Virus record (IMG/VR): IMGVR_UViG_3300028654_000001
Span: 248,001-312,000 of that record
Direction: 5' to 3' (one strand)
DNA length: 64,000 nt
The notes beneath the pieces were generated by a model. That model saw only the letters and a list, made by a program, of their open reading frames with translations, was not told the origin of the DNA and searched no databases. Every line of letters begins with the position of its first letter. Positions within the stretch are counted from its first letter, which is position 1. Below, piece by piece: positions 53,170 to 63,500 of this stretch. The position numbers were made by a program, and so were the translations under genes.

Positions 53170-54672
53170 TTAGATTCCCTGGAACATGTTGTTTCCAAGC
53201 CCTTGACCAGCCCTAAGGTCATCAATAGACATCCCTTGGTCATTCTGACCTCTGAAGGGGTCACAATCTCCAATTCTTCGTGAGCCCCAATGGATCCTCG
53301 CCATGAAGGGTTGAAATGGGATACCGTCTCTCCTTTTTAGGCAATCGAACATGGTGGTCCCATTCTTACGATGTTCATCGTTGAGGTAAGTTGTCGTAAT
53401 TACATCAGAAGATCGTTCGGCCTCGTTCGCATAGGATAGAGCTCGAAGCTTGTATCGGCCCTCATTCTTATCCGCGAAGTCCTTGCCATCACGGTTGATT
53501 TGGAACAGCAAAAGGATCGGCACCTTCTCACCGTGATTGAAGTGAAGAGCCATCTTCTTGGTGTCCCGTAGAACCGAGTTCAATTCAACAGTGTAGTCCT
53601 TATTTCTACGCTTCTTGCGCGGCTCTAAGAGCCCACCGTGGTCAATGATCAGGAGGTGAACCTCAGCTTCCTGGTGTCTTAACTCAGCGAACATCTGGAT
53701 GTCATCAGTATTGACATCATCATCCGGCCCCCAGAGATCAAATCTTCCATACTCGGCATTGGTTCCAAAGTCATTGATTACGATCTCGTAGAAAGCCTTC
53801 TCATCTGCGGTTAGGGTTCCTGATTTGACTTTGTCATAGTCCAATGGTGCACACATGCTGTAGTCTTTTGACCTAGGATCTGTATACTTCCCGTTAGAGG
53901 AATGCATGACATGGATCATTAACAGAACCTGTTCATAGGGCATCTCCAACGTCACGTAGACGATGTTAGATCTATAACGAGTCACCAGGTTGTAGGCCCA
54001 ATTCAGAGCAAAGCTTGTCTTAAGCTCACCGGTGAAGGCGGCATGGAGCCACATCTCACCTTTCTTGATCCCTCGAATTACCTTATCGATGCCATTGAGA
54101 CCGCAGAACTTACCCCAAGCGAGAGCTTTATTGGCTTCCGCCTCCTCATACATCTTCTTTACGAGTTCCCCATCCTCTCGGATGTTACCCTCAATTTTGG
54201 CGTTAGACTCGTAGAATAGGAGTTCGTGAGCCTTTTTTACAATGTGGTTGATTCCGTCTCGAAGACCTTGCTTCTTCTCGTTATCTAGAATCAAGCCCTT
54301 GTTGATTATCTCTTGAGCTTCCTTTAGGTACTGGACCGCCCTCAGCTTGCTCTGTTCTTCAACAGTGGTCTTGAGAAGATAGGTATAGTTTGTTCCCTTG
54401 TGAGCTGGATGCTTCTCAAAGTCCCCTACACGTTCTTTACACTCCTCATCCCGCTTAGCCTCAAAGTAGTCCTTGATAGTCTGAGGAGTGGGCATCTCCA
54501 AGCTCGAGTGGAAGTACCACTTCAAGAACTCAAAGATCCTAGCATCAGGCGGCTGATCCCATTCAATGTGGGATCGCTCCAACTTTTGGAAGTTGGAGAT
54601 CATGTCGACTTGTTGAAGTCCGCCAAAGTCGATGACCGAGTGGAGAATCCCTCTCATCGATTTTTCCCCCAA
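53170..54672 (-). CDS. dnaB: DnaB-like replicative helicase
   Basis: GIKKGEMWLHAAFTGELKTS, VTLEM, LIIDH, FQINR and AERSSDVI motifs. Confidence 0.8.
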   Translation of the reverse strand: MGEKSMRGILHSVIDFGGLQQVDMISNFQKLERSHIEWDQPPDARIFEFLKWYFHSSLEMPTPQTIKDYFEAKRDEECKERVGDFEKHPAHKGTNYTYLLKTTVEEQSKLRAVQYLKEAQEIINKGLILDNEKKQGLRDGINHIVKKAHELLFYESNAKIEGNIREDGELVKKMYEEAEANKALAWGKFCGLNGIDKVIRGIKKGEMWLHAAFTGELKTSFALNWAYNLVTRYRSNIVYVTLEMPYEQVLLMIHVMHSSNGKYTDPRSKDYSMCAPLDYDKVKSGTLTADEKAFYEIVINDFGTNAEYGRFDLWGPDDDVNTDDIQMFAELRHQEAEVHLLIIDHGGLLEPRKKRRNKDYTVELNSVLRDTKKMALHFNHGEKVPILLLFQINRDGKDFADKNEGRYKLRALSYANEAERSSDVITTTYLNDEHRKNGTTMFDCLKRRDGIPFQPFMARIHWGSRRIGDCDPFRGQNDQGMSIDDLRAGQGLGNNMFQGI

Positions 54673-55532
54673 CTACTGTTTTTCTTGTACCCCTTACTGT
54701 CACCAAAGAGGAGCGGGTCACTTGTATCCATTCTAGGGGTTGGCTCCTTATCTGGAATCACAATTCTTTCCTTCGGCATAACCGCCTTCACTGGGTTAGT
54801 TCTCTCATCATCAATAGCTAGACCTTCTTCACTCTGTAACTCAGAACCCTCAAAACCCCTCGGGGTAATGACATGCCCCTTATTGGTCAGGGTTAGGTCA
54901 ACGACTTCGAAGTTGTTCGCTACGAAGTCACCAACGTCTTCGCTGTAAGCAAAGTGCCCAGGCCCAAATAGGCTGTTGGGTTCCTCAATGATCCAAGTTG
55001 GTTTGCAGATCATTGCCCGTGTTATTAGGGCTTCCTTGAAGTACCCAGGCAGAGCCTTGTTCTTGTGCCCAGCACCTCCAAGCCTAATCACAACTAGTTC
55101 GAAGTCACCTCCGATGAAATCCGCTAGCGTATTGAATACTGGGATATCTTCCCGCTTCGACTTTGGTCTCGCAGTGTAAGAGTTGAGACCCATACGGACA
55201 TTGAAGATATCAATCTCGTTCACTATCCTAAATCTGTAGTGCAGACTTTCGTTCATCATTTTGACTGACAGAACTATGAACAAGTGCGAGACAATGTCAG
55301 TCCACCATCCCTTGATGAATAGGTTCTCGTGGGTGCGGTCTACGGGTACTTCGCCACCAACCCTCCCTGGCATCATAAGAGGGGAGTACTCTATCGGTGG
55401 GGCTTGACCAATCTCCGGCCCCATCCGTCTCTTAGCCTCCCTCCAGAAGAAACAAGAGCAGGGTTTCCAACGAGTATCACCAACCAGAACGAACCCATCA
55501 TGACATTTTGGATTTTTGCATTCCTCGTCCAT
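54654..55532 (-). CDS. degenerate DnaC/IstB-like helicase loader
   Basis: N-terminal CKNPKC...CSC Zn motif; Walker-B-like ELVVIRLG; KPTWII; no intact Walker A; directly upstream of dnaB. Confidence 0.5.
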   Translation of the reverse strand: MDEECKNPKCHDGFVLVGDTRWKPCSCFFWREAKRRMGPEIGQAPPIEYSPLMMPGRVGGEVPVDRTHENLFIKGWWTDIVSHLFIVLSVKMMNESLHYRFRIVNEIDIFNVRMGLNSYTARPKSKREDIPVFNTLADFIGGDFELVVIRLGGAGHKNKALPGYFKEALITRAMICKPTWIIEEPNSLFGPGHFAYSEDVGDFVANNFEVVDLTLTNKGHVITPRGFEGSELQSEEGLAIDDERTNPVKAVMPKERIVIPDKEPTPRMDTSDPLLFGDSKGYKKNSSWGKNR

Positions 55533-55544
55533 GTAGATGGTCAC

Positions 55545-55551
55545 TACACCG
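55545..55551 (-). promoter_or_regulatory. YGGTGTA motif upstream of the DnaC-like gene
   Basis: TACACCG on +, 12 nt from ATG 55532. Confidence 0.5.
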
Positions 55552-55556
55552 AAGGA

Positions 55557-58500
55557 TCATTTATTTGAGGTATCTCTTAGAGATTGCAGCAAATCCTTGA
55601 TGTCATTCTCGCTTCGATCAAACTTTAGAGCTCCGGCAGCAGCTTCCCCGATGACCTGATCGATCAGCCCTTTCTTCCGACGAAGCTTCTGAACTACCTT
55701 GCTGTCAATCGTTTCAGCCTTTTTACCTGAGAGGCCGGGTCGTCTCGTAATCAAGTGAACAGCAAGAACTCGAGGGTGCGGTGACCCAATTCGAATCATC
55801 CGACCAAGAAGCTGAACATACCTGCCCCAAGACCACGGGGAATCAAACAGAATCATCGCAGAAGCGGCCTGGAGGTTAATTGCCTCACTACCGGCATCGG
55901 TGATGATGACTACCCTGACTTTACTGCTAAGATCCTGAAATTGGTCTTGAGCACTCTTTCTATTTTTACCGCTCTGTGAGCCGGATATGGAAACACTCTT
56001 GATACCCTCTTTGGTCAAAATAGCTTGAAGTCTAGGGATATGACTGGCAAACCGAGTGTAGACAATGACCTTCTCACCGTCGAACTCTTCAGACAGTAAT
56101 TCAACAAGAGCCGCTTCTTTGGAGCTTCGCCCCTCGAAGTCAGACCCCCCACCCTCTTCAAACTTCAGTAAAGAAAGAGAATTACAGATCTCTTGAATGT
56201 AAATGAGGCTTGTAAGTTGTTTGGTGTCCTTGTAGTCACGAAGTTCACCGTCTCCAAGTTCAAGAAGCCCTCCCAGTGCTTCTGCGTACTTTCTCTCTTC
56301 CACTTTGGAGAGTTCACACACAACTTCGCGAGTTGTGAGGGCTGGGAGTTCTGTAGAAACATCCTGTTTCGCCCGCCCGTAGAAGAATGGGTCGATAGTT
56401 TGTCTGAAGTGTTGTAGGTTCTTATACCCAACAACAATAGGTACCTTTCCCCCACCCTTAATCCGCTGCATCTCAGTGACGCAGTAAACATTAAGGAATG
56501 CATTCTTGGTACCGAAGGTCTCCGGCCTAATGACCTTGTAGATACCAAAACCCTCCATCAAGTGATTCTGAAGGAGAGTGGCGGTTAAACCCCAGACACG
56601 TTTAGCTTTACCAGACAAGAACTTGCAAGTTTGATGAGTCTTAGTTGTCGGATTTTTGCAGGCTGTGATCTCATCGAAGATCACAGTAAGCCGTGGAATA
56701 CCTGATGTCAGCTTGTCGAGGAAACCCAGGCCAGCAACAGCTTGAGTACCCTTTTTGGCCCCCACCGGCGGTGGCTCCTTGGTAATCCCTTGATCCCAAT
56801 CACGAACCACCCCGTGATAGTTGACGACAAGGACTCCAGGCCCTGTATGCCTAAACCAAGCAGAGTAGGCTTCTTTACGCTGATCTAGGGTACCAGAAGC
56901 AATGAAGTATTTGATCCCAATCGAGAACTTGTCAATCTCAGAAGCCCACTGTCCAATAGCCGACTTCGGACACACTACCATGACCTTCATGGTAGGATCC
57001 CTCTCCCAGATATAACAGAGAGCACCAATAGCTTGGAGGGTGTTGTGGTTGATGAATCCGTTTCCTGCGAAGCAATGCTCAGGATCGTCAATCTCCAAGT
57101 CCATCACAGGAGCTGACTTATACTCAACGGATACAATTGGGTCGTAGTAAAAATGGCGCTGAGTGACTTGAAGCACTCTCCGGTACTCATTTGTACTTGA
57201 TAAACCCATCTTATAGGAGACCTCCAAAAGCTTCTGTAGCCACTGGTAGCTCGGATCACGATATCCGCACAGAATATTCTTCAAAGTTGACCTGAAGCAT
57301 TCTCCAAACTGCTTCAAACCTGAACCAACTCGATTGGAATTTGCTCCCTGCTTAGAAGTAGCTTGCAGGATTAGTTTTTTGAGAGCACCAACCTCGGAGG
57401 TGAAGTTTGGTATTAGGTCTTTGTTCGGATTGGAGGATCGTGTAAGACTAGACTTCAACAAGGCTACCTTGCGCTTGGATCGAAGCCCAATCTCCCTCTG
57501 AAAAACCCTAGCATCGTCACCAAAGAACGTTACCCTCCAGTAGGTATGAGAGTACCCTTTAACTTTCTTTGGCTGACGGTTAGAAACCACACCAAAGCGC
57601 AAGAGTAACAATTGAACCTGCTTGGCTAATTCCTCTGAGGCAGTACTAAACTCTATGCCACCCCCATTAGATACAGAACACTCAGCCTCAATGAGAGCAG
57701 ACAAGAAGCATCGAATTGCCTCCCTTGTACCCCGCAGTATCAAGTCGGGTATACTCTTCTCTGCAGAAAGAACTTCCCTGACCCCGCAAGATATCAGATA
57801 ACGACGTATGTCCTTTGATGAAACGGCTACGAGCTTGTCTTTCGCCTTACTGTTGGCATTCCCCTTCCAACCAAATATAGCATACAACAGATCCCGTATC
57901 TCACGGTGGTTGTCGGGGTTCGACTCCAGGTGTTGAGTAATCTGGACGCTTGTTGGATGCCTATTACCCTCGCTGATTAACCATCCCAATAAGGTGGCTA
58001 ACTTGGGAGTTAGACGGTTTGGGTAGGTATACCCACGTGAACATTGAGCTAGATCAAAGTCAATGATGGGCTCTTTAGTTGGAAATGGTACCTCACAGCG
58101 ATCTATACAAATGTGGTCTCCAATCTTGAGGTCAGGGAGCTTGACAAAACCCTCTCTAGAAGTCTGCCTAGCGTATACAGGATGGATCAAACTCCCTTCA
58201 AGTTGATAACCATTTCTAGTTGTCAACTTGATAGTTGGCTTGGTACCTCCCCAGTAGAAACTCTTAACTGGAGCCACCCTTGATCCTGTCCACACAGATA
58301 CTGGATAATCTAAGTTGTAAAAACCCTCAGACTTAACCCCCTTCGGCTTCAAAGAATCAATCGTTAGTAGTCCGAGATCAGTATTCAGTAGAGTGCTGCC
58401 GGTGACACACTTCCCCAAACCAGTTCCATCCCCCAGAATCATTCGATTTACCCTAAGTAAGTGGTAAATCCCCTGAACCTGATAGTATCTGAGCCTTAGA

Positions 58501-58655
58501 GGTTGGGTAGTCCCATCAATTCCGACAATCTCCTCACGGAGCATCTTGGTCGGTCTCAATTGACAAGTCTTACTAGCCCGAACTTGCTTTAGCTGTTCGT
58601 AGATCTGTTCAAATTCGGTAGCCCGAGTGGCTACCGGTATTGCTGCTGTCGGCAT
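55557..58655 (-). CDS. SNF2-family helicase containing an intein
   Basis: LRYYQVQG, ILGDGTGLGK|TLQ, DEIT, LTATLLQN, GSEAINLQAA and QLLGRMIRIG motifs. Confidence 0.88.
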   Translation of the reverse strand: MPTAAIPVATRATEFEQIYEQLKQVRASKTCQLRPTKMLREEIVGIDGTTQPLRLRYYQVQGIYHLLRVNRMILGDGTGLGKCVTGSTLLNTDLGLLTIDSLKPKGVKSEGFYNLDYPVSVWTGSRVAPVKSFYWGGTKPTIKLTTRNGYQLEGSLIHPVYARQTSREGFVKLPDLKIGDHICIDRCEVPFPTKEPIIDFDLAQCSRGYTYPNRLTPKLATLLGWLISEGNRHPTSVQITQHLESNPDNHREIRDLLYAIFGWKGNANSKAKDKLVAVSSKDIRRYLISCGVREVLSAEKSIPDLILRGTREAIRCFLSALIEAECSVSNGGGIEFSTASEELAKQVQLLLLRFGVVSNRQPKKVKGYSHTYWRVTFFGDDARVFQREIGLRSKRKVALLKSSLTRSSNPNKDLIPNFTSEVGALKKLILQATSKQGANSNRVGSGLKQFGECFRSTLKNILCGYRDPSYQWLQKLLEVSYKMGLSSTNEYRRVLQVTQRHFYYDPIVSVEYKSAPVMDLEIDDPEHCFAGNGFINHNTLQAIGALCYIWERDPTMKVMVVCPKSAIGQWASEIDKFSIGIKYFIASGTLDQRKEAYSAWFRHTGPGVLVVNYHGVVRDWDQGITKEPPPVGAKKGTQAVAGLGFLDKLTSGIPRLTVIFDEITACKNPTTKTHQTCKFLSGKAKRVWGLTATLLQNHLMEGFGIYKVIRPETFGTKNAFLNVYCVTEMQRIKGGGKVPIVVGYKNLQHFRQTIDPFFYGRAKQDVSTELPALTTREVVCELSKVEERKYAEALGGLLELGDGELRDYKDTKQLTSLIYIQEICNSLSLLKFEEGGGSDFEGRSSKEAALVELLSEEFDGEKVIVYTRFASHIPRLQAILTKEGIKSVSISGSQSGKNRKSAQDQFQDLSSKVRVVIITDAGSEAINLQAASAMILFDSPWSWGRYVQLLGRMIRIGSPHPRVLAVHLITRRPGLSGKKAETIDSKVVQKLRRKKGLIDQVIGEAAAGALKFDRSENDIKDLLQSLRDTSNK
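57042..58409 (-). mobile_element. intein with LAGLIDADG endonuclease (456 aa) in the SNF2 Walker A
   Basis: Begins CVTGST, ends NHN followed by T; LGWLISEG and LSALIEAEC. Confidence 0.9.
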
Positions 58656-58661
58656 TAAAAC

Positions 58662-59264
58662 TCACCAAAAAGAGAAGTAGAGTCCCGCTTGCGGGTTTAC
58701 TTTCAGAGTCCACCAAGAGTAGGCAGCCCCTATAAACCAACCAAAGTTACGAGTGATGTCCATTCCAACCCCAGCCCCCGCGGATCTGAATCCAGTGGCT
58801 ACATTGAAGTTGACGGCCTTGTAATAGAGGATATCCCAGAGAATCCCGACATCAACCGCTTGCTTTGCTGAACTCTGGCTGAAGGCATCCACGAAAAGAA
58901 AACTGCCTGAAAACTTAGGCCGGAACCTGAACCCCCAGACAGGAGGTTCCTTCTTAGCCACTATAAGTGTCAGCTTCTCGTTAGCCGACACATCATACCC
59001 GCACCAGGACATATTGATGGTGTACGGGTGTGGATCTGATCCTGAGTAGTAAACCCTTCCATCCACATCAGTGGTGATTGTCACCGAATCAAGCTTGAAC
59101 GTTGGTTTGGTTTTCTGAAAACAACTCTTCTCTTTAAGAATTGAGACGAAAGAACTCATGTCAGCTTTGGGGACACAGGTGTCGTCAGCATTCGGGCATG
59201 AAACATCAGCCCTACTAGGAGAAGCATAGAATACGACTGCCAAAACTAGAGGGAGGTTTTTCAT
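58662..59264 (-). CDS. secreted/outer-membrane protein, possible spanin-type lysis component
   Basis: Signal peptide MKNLPLVLAVVFYASPSRA; C-terminal amphipathic beta-strands ending QAGLYFSFW. Confidence 0.5.
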   Translation of the reverse strand: MKNLPLVLAVVFYASPSRADVSCPNADDTCVPKADMSSFVSILKEKSCFQKTKPTFKLDSVTITTDVDGRVYYSGSDPHPYTINMSWCGYDVSANEKLTLIVAKKEPPVWGFRFRPKFSGSFLFVDAFSQSSAKQAVDVGILWDILYYKAVNFNVATGFRSAGAGVGMDITRNFGWFIGAAYSWWTLKVNPQAGLYFSFW

Positions 59265-59273
59265 GGTGTTAGT

Positions 59274-59280
59274 TACACCG
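59274..59280 (-). promoter_or_regulatory. YGGTGTA motif upstream of 58662-59264
   Basis: TACACCG on +, 9 nt from ATG 59264. Confidence 0.55.
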
Positions 59281-59314
59281 AAGGGCTGTGCCTAAGGATT
59301 GCTTTTTCTGTCCG

Positions 59315-59899
59315 TTACTTACTGTACTTTTTGAGTAACTCGTCAACTTCTGAAGCCGGAACTCCAGTGTTGTCTTTTACTGTGACAGCAACTGTTGTAG
59401 GATTAATCACCACAACTTGATCTACCTGACTATTCTTTACACCCTCTGGCAACACCACTGTTGTAGGCTGGCTATCCCCAGGAGCAGTGAAGACCACTGT
59501 ACCCGGATCTGAGAACAACCCAGGGGGCTGAATGGGAACCACCACTGCCTGGGTATCACCCTTCTGATCTGGGTCCCCTTCCGGAATCAGCTTCCCGTCT
59601 GGACCTACTCGCTTTGGATCAATCGAGTTAGCCGTCTCTACAGTGGGTCCACGATCCGGAGTTGCCCCACCCTTCTTTCCTAAGAGCTTTCCAAGAACCC
59701 CACCGATCTGAAGCTCTTTGAAACCCATAGAAACCAAGACAACTGCGATTACGAGGACAGCAAGGGCAGCAAACGGTCCTAGAACCTTCGGACTGATCTT
59801 TCGAATGATGGACCAGAGCTTAGAAAAGAAGTTTTTGAATGATGTCCATACGCTTGCCCCAAAAGAGGTTTGGGCTGATGGTTTGATTTCTTCAGGCAT
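59315..59899 (-). CDS. single-pass membrane protein, possible i-spanin-like
   Basis: TM segment FAALAVLVIAVVLVSMGF followed by a Pro/Gly/Val-rich region. Confidence 0.5.
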   Translation of the reverse strand: MPEEIKPSAQTSFGASVWTSFKNFFSKLWSIIRKISPKVLGPFAALAVLVIAVVLVSMGFKELQIGGVLGKLLGKKGGATPDRGPTVETANSIDPKRVGPDGKLIPEGDPDQKGDTQAVVVPIQPPGLFSDPGTVVFTAPGDSQPTTVVLPEGVKNSQVDQVVVINPTTVAVTVKDNTGVPASEVDELLKKYSK

Positions 59900-59906
59900 A
59901 GTGTCC

Positions 59907-60374
59907 TTAGGCTGCAGTAGGTTTTGGAGGTTCCTTGTTCTTCTCTTTGAGGTCCCCTAAAACGACAGGAGCTGTTAGGCCAACTGGCTCAGCTGTAAAA
60001 CTGTCATCATCATCTCTCCCACGTCCACTTTTTAGCCAACCACGGATTCGGTTGTAGATGAAGGCTGAGAACAAACCACAGATACACCCATAGAGAACTC
60101 TGGCTAACTTGGTCTTCACCGCAAAGTCAGGCCAAACAAAGGTTTTTGCAGCAAAACTCAGGGCTCCACCAATGATAATCGGCAGAATCGGCACAATTAC
60201 CTCACCCCAGATCCTACTGGATAGGGATGCATTCTTGGCCTCACCCTGCTGAATCAGGATACCCCAAGTTCCCTCAATTATCCGGCGAATCAAATAGGTT
60301 ACTACGTAAATTGCCAGACATATATAGATCGTCTGTACATTGAAAATGGTTGAAGCTAGTGAGTTGAGGTCCAT
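59907..60374 (-). CDS. probable holin (three TM helices)
   Basis: Three hydrophobic segments and a charged C-terminal tail; lies after the tail-fibre-like gene. Confidence 0.55.
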   Translation of the reverse strand: MDLNSLASTIFNVQTIYICLAIYVVTYLIRRIIEGTWGILIQQGEAKNASLSSRIWGEVIVPILPIIIGGALSFAAKTFVWPDFAVKTKLARVLYGCICGLFSAFIYNRIRGWLKSGRGRDDDDSFTAEPVGLTAPVVLGDLKEKNKEPPKPTAA

Positions 60375-60531
60375 TTCATCCGTTCCTTGAATGAGGGGTC
60401 AACAATTCGAACGGATAAGAGGAAAAGGCGGTTAGGGTGGTAGTTGTCTGTAGCCAAAACTCCCAGCAGCATGAAAGTCAACTATTTTGTTGAGATCTTG
60501 TGATAGCTCGACTCAAACCTCTTCACGACTT

Positions 60532-63500
60532 TTAGGTACCTGCTGCACCTACGATATGCTTGGCAAACAGCCACTTATCACCATTACTTGGAGTGGTCAC
60601 ATTTAGAGATCCACCACTAACCGCAGCCTCTGCTTTGATCGATACTGTCCCAGAGTTAGTATTAGAAACAGTGTAAGAGAAGGGTACCGTTAGGTAGACA
60701 TCAACACCATTGTCCATAGGGAATTGATAAGTTGTGATATCTACTGGGGTAACCCCATCGACCAATATCAAGTAAAAGCTAGCTATGTTACCAGCAGATG
60801 CAGCTGCCACTAAGTGAACAATGACAGTACCCTCTAGGAGGTCACCCCCCTCTACGGTGAACGCTTGAGGAAATGCACTAAGCAGGACCGGAGAGGCTGA
60901 AATGACAGGGTTAGCCGAAGTTATTGGGTTGATGATACTGGTGCTATTAACAACAACCCTCTCTGTAACTCCCTCAATGTATCGGGTAACAGAGGAACCA
61001 TCTGAATATCTTAGTTGGTTCGCCGCTGACAGCGGGCTACCAAATGAAAAGATAGCGCTGGTACAATTGTTCGGCATTGCTGGAGGATTTGCTGAAGATT
61101 CAACAAGGCCAAACCCGTTGTTACCGCTACTAGACCCCCGGAAGGCCAAACCCGTTCTATCTGCTGCTAGTATGGGATAGACCTCAGAACCGAGGTACAA
61201 GTTGACGGCCCCATCAGCACCACCACTTGGACCATGCTTGCCTGAGATGAGAAATAGACCGCCACCATCCTGAGAGGATCCAGCGAGCTGCTTACCATTC
61301 TGAGCCTGAATTTTGAAGTTCTCGCCAAATGAACCAGTTAGAACGTCAGCTTGGCTGATAACAATTGGGTTCCCAATGTTCTCGTCAAATGTGACAGCTG
61401 GGTTGTATAGGTGGACCCCGTCTACCCCCACAACCATCACTGTCACTGGTGAGGGAGACATGGTTGTACCATTCTCAACCTGTAAGAACACCTTACCCAT
61501 GCTGGAGAAAGAACCCTTACCAGCCTTCAGGTAGATATCACCACCTGGATGCGGATGAGAGACGTCACCCAGAGCATTACCAGCGAAGATACCTAGATCT
61601 CCACCCTTACCTTGGAAAGCTGTTGCTACATCAGCAGACTTGATAGTGAGAGTTTCACCATCACCATTAGTGGATTTCTGCCCGATTTTAGGTGCTAGAA
61701 CTCTTGAACTAAAAGTCAGGCTATAGACGTCAACAGCATTTGGATCACCCAATTCGGTGATATTGTGGTCAAAAAATGCACTTTCAGTGTCGGTAGCACT
61801 AATCAGTAAGTTACTGCGTAAGCCATTAGCTACTTGAATAGTTCCAGTTCGACCTGAGCCGGTACTTTGCCCTGCTACGATACGGATACCACCACCATCA
61901 TTATTCCCAGGTGCCGCAACCTGGGATTTAATGGTGAGTTCGGATCCATTACCTGTTAGGGCATCATCTTGATCAATTGTGGTGTTGGTAGTCTCAGCAG
62001 TGAAGTGGATTCCGTAGTTTCCGGAATTACTTGGACCAAGAATGAGATCCGTATTGGTGAAGCTTGCTACGGTAACGAGAGGTCCTATCCTAACAGAAAC
62101 GGTGCCATTAGTGATAGTTCCGAGACCTGCTGATACAGTAACATCACCACCATTACCAACACCCGCAGTTCCACCTCGTATAGCGACGTTACCTCCGTTC
62201 CCGTCGAAAGTGGTACCTCCTGCTAGAGTAACCCCCCCACCATTACCTGAAGAACCAGTGGAAGAACCCCCCACTAGAACGAGTCCACCAGCGGTCCCAG
62301 AACCACTTGAAGTCCCAGAAGCAACTGTGAGGTTACCTGTGCTTGCAGTCCCAGTACCGTCTCCGGTACTGATAATTAGGGTACTTGTAGTACCAGAAGA
62401 CCGATTAGAAGTACTAATGTGTGAGGCATTGGTGAATGTGAGTGCATTGGATGATATTAGTACATCCCCAGCAATGCTAGCTGTACCGCCAACAGACAAG
62501 TCATTGGTCAAGAATAGTGCTGTCAGGGTAGGAGCATTTGACCAGAAGTTGTAGGTCCCATTGCTGGCATAGACTGTGTTGGGAGCCCCCTTCGGGAACG
62601 ATTCAATAGCTGGAGGATCAACAATCTGACTTATCGTCTTCCCAATTGGCAAGTCAATAGTGGTTGGATCCACATTGTAGAAAGTATGGTTGGCGAGAAG
62701 CGGATGCCCTTCGATACGATACAGGTCAGCCCCTGATACCGATTCTCCGCTGCCATTTGTACCTAGTAAGATCATGGCTTCAGATGGAGTGGTATTGAGT
62801 TCCATCACATTGGTAACAATGGCCATCATCAACTCATCTCCAGCGGATACCTGAGCTGATCCAACACTAGTAAGGGAGTTCCTAACTAAGAAGGCCCTAC
62901 CGACAAGAGCCCTAGTCCCACTAACCGAACCCAGGATTCTCTCATAGGTGGCGAAGATCTCTCCACCAGGACGATCCCCAGAGCCGATGAAAGCAGACCC
63001 ACCCCTATTGGTTCTGAAGTTTGTGAGAGAACTATAGCTTTGACTACCATCCACAAGGATTATCACATCCCCTGGAAGACCAGCAGAGGTCTCCGATGGC
63101 ATACTTGAGGTTTCAGTCTGGTCCAATGTTGTAGAGCTGCCTAAGCCAGCTACGCCAGATCCCACACCCGTGTTGGAAGTGTAAATCAAAGGGGAGGCAA
63201 AGTCATCCGAGAACCGCCCTCCATGAAAATCCATGTCTCGGTATAGAGCTCCTAGAGGGAGTCGGGTAGTAAGACCCAGATAGTCCGGGTTTGCCTCAAG
63301 GTCACTGAAGATGGATGAGCTTCCAATAGCCCCAAGCTTGGTAATTGGTCGAGGTGTTGATGCTCCACCAGATGCTACTGTTGGAGGGTAGGGTCGAACA
63401 CCACTTGGGTCTACTGGATCTTCATAACCAACATTTCTAGGTTCATAGGTATTTGGCTGAACAAAGTCTCCGCTGAGCCTCCCAGTGCCCAAACTAGTAA

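Noticed and set aside
54344-54361. 16/18-nt match between the 36-nt spacer (37123-37158) and dnaB (AGCTTGCTctGTTCTTCA)
   Set aside because: The rest of the spacer does not align, the match is at the PAM-distal end for a minus-strand type V guide, and by rough estimate such a match is not unexpected by chance in this window.
29071-60374. Ala-rich C-termini (ClpX ...AAAEA, holin ...PTAA, DUF4419 ...PAGA) as ClpX degrons
   Set aside because: Too few and too variable to distinguish from chance.
61800-62560. Recurrent Gly-rich units in the tail-fibre-like gene as a possible diversity-generating retroelement target
   Set aside because: No template/variable repeat pair or reverse transcriptase was seen; the repeats are protein-level.
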